Source: Chrysemys picta bellii
Lineage: Eukaryota
Reading direction: 5' to 3'
NCBI RefSeq assembly: GCF_011386835.1
Contig: NC_088798.1
Location: forward strand, 110,298,001-110,362,000
DNA: 64,000 nucleotides
Below, piece after piece: positions 62,796 through 64,000 of the stretch. Position numbers and translations under genes: made by a program. Within the stretch, counting starts at the first letter, position 1. Every line of letters begins with the position of its first letter. Below the pieces are notes generated by a model. It was not told the DNA's origin. It made no database searches and saw only the letters and a program-made list of their open reading frames with translations.

Positions 62796-63030
62796 CTACC
62801 TCCTCCCAAAGCCCAGCCTCTCCTCTGAGCACAGGAGGGCCTCACCCAGCAGCTGAAGCTGCTCCAGGACGTCTCGCTGCATCTCCACAGCCATGCGGTG
62901 CACGTGATGGTCAGAGCTGTTATACATCACTGCATTCTGGAACATCAGCATGAGGTCGCGCTGGAATTGGGCCGTGGTCCAGATCTGGCCCTTGGACAGG
63001 CGCCTCTTTATGTTGGTTAAATCCATGGGT
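62796..63030 (-). CDS. BRD8: Terminal coding exon of a BRD8-type bromodomain gene (partial; upstream exons not found in the window)
   Basis: Acceptor ctccttccag at 63032/63031, then (R)PMDLTNIKRRLSKGQIWTTAQFQRDLMLMFQNAVMYNSSDHHVHRMAVEMQRDVLEQLQ...FGRR*. Matches the recalled BRD8 bromodomains, most like the C-terminal one; could be a BRD8-like paralog. Confidence 0.75.
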
Positions 63031-64000
63031 CTGGAAGGAGGCATGAAACTCAACTGTACATACCTAAGGACTCCCCTAACCTTGTCTGGATGGGGGTGGG
63101 CACTCTCTCCCTGAGATGGAGGTCTCCCTGCAACCCCAAACACTGGAATTCTTGGGCCCAATTCTCAAGAGGAAAATGTCAAGAGCTTAAGAAAGCTGGA
63201 AAGAAACTGTGGATTGGGGTGATACGTATCACATGGCTAATTAACTTGCCAAGCCACTAGCAATTATTTCTGAAAAAACAAATGTGACACTGAGCAGAAA
63301 AGGAAAGAGGCGTGATCCTGGTAATTAGTACCTGTCAAATCAACCCCAATTCCCTTGTGATTAAAAATGGCACATGTTAAGAAAAATATCTATAAAGAAC
63401 AAGAATCTAATGATGCCAGGGGAAAAAGCCGTGGTGGTGAGGGGGCATGTTATAAGGACTAAATCTTATTTACTTTCTTTTGAAATCATTACCGAATTGA
63501 TGGGTGAAGCGGGAGGTGGAAGAGGATGACCATGATTAGAAACGCAGGTCAGAAATAGAATAAGCTTCATCTTTAAAAAATGTACTTAATCCATCTGGGG
63601 GAAAAAGGATCTGAAACTCAGCTCCTCACTGGCAAGAGGAACCTTGCAAAACGGGAGTGATTGGGAGACTAAGGAGAGGGGAACCGCAAATGAGACAAGT
63701 TTACAACACAATATGACGATACAAGAACATCAGTGTGATTCTAGGCGGCATCAGGCTGTAACTGGCCCTCCCCATACAGCCCTGGAGCCTGCACTTGGCG
63801 TACTGCTGTCAGTGCTCGGCACACATTACTAGAACTCCAGACAGACTGGAGGGAGCACAGAGAAGAGCAACCATACACTGAGGCAAAACAAGTCATGGAC
63901 AAAAGGCTAGATTCACAAAGCGACTTTGGGTGCCTAAGTCCAACACCTAGGCACCACTGAGTGTCACAACAGAAGAGGTCACTCACTCCGTGCAGTAATT

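Noticed and set aside
63741-64000. QAPG-containing ORF or the GTGAGT near the window end as the preceding BRD8 exon
   Set aside because: No bromodomain ZA-loop context, and the splice phase does not supply the AG needed for the R codon at 63030.

Overview
Vertebrate genomic DNA: GC-rich, gene-dense and spliced, with no prokaryotic features. The repeat content (tRNA-derived SINE with a CR1 3' tail, CR1/L2/Penelope/Tx1 fragments, hAT MITEs with 8-bp TSDs) points to a reptile, most likely a turtle. I assembled six genes exon by exon from GT-AG signals and recalled protein homology: LMAN2 (+), TMED9 (+), B4GALT7 (+), N4BP3 (+), RMND5B (+) and NHP2 (-). B4GALT7 has an abnormal exon-1 donor. The terminal bromodomain exon of a BRD8-type gene (-) lies at the right end. 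Three observations stand out. (1) Intron 1 of RMND5B is almost entirely a 3.1-kb array of about 61 x 51-bp units. Each unit copies the gene's own splice acceptor, 13-nt leader, ATG and first codons, so there are about 61 decoy acceptor/start modules ahead of the real one. (2) A class I Rab11-FIP-like gene (C2 domain, own CpG island, 4 phase-compatible exons) lies between B4GALT7 and N4BP3, where I know of no human counterpart, and its 3' half appears decayed. (3) B4GALT7 exon 1 lacks the GT donor at the expected position and runs directly into a G-rich minisatellite. Gene names rest on recalled sequences, not database searches; TE boundaries without TSDs are approximate.
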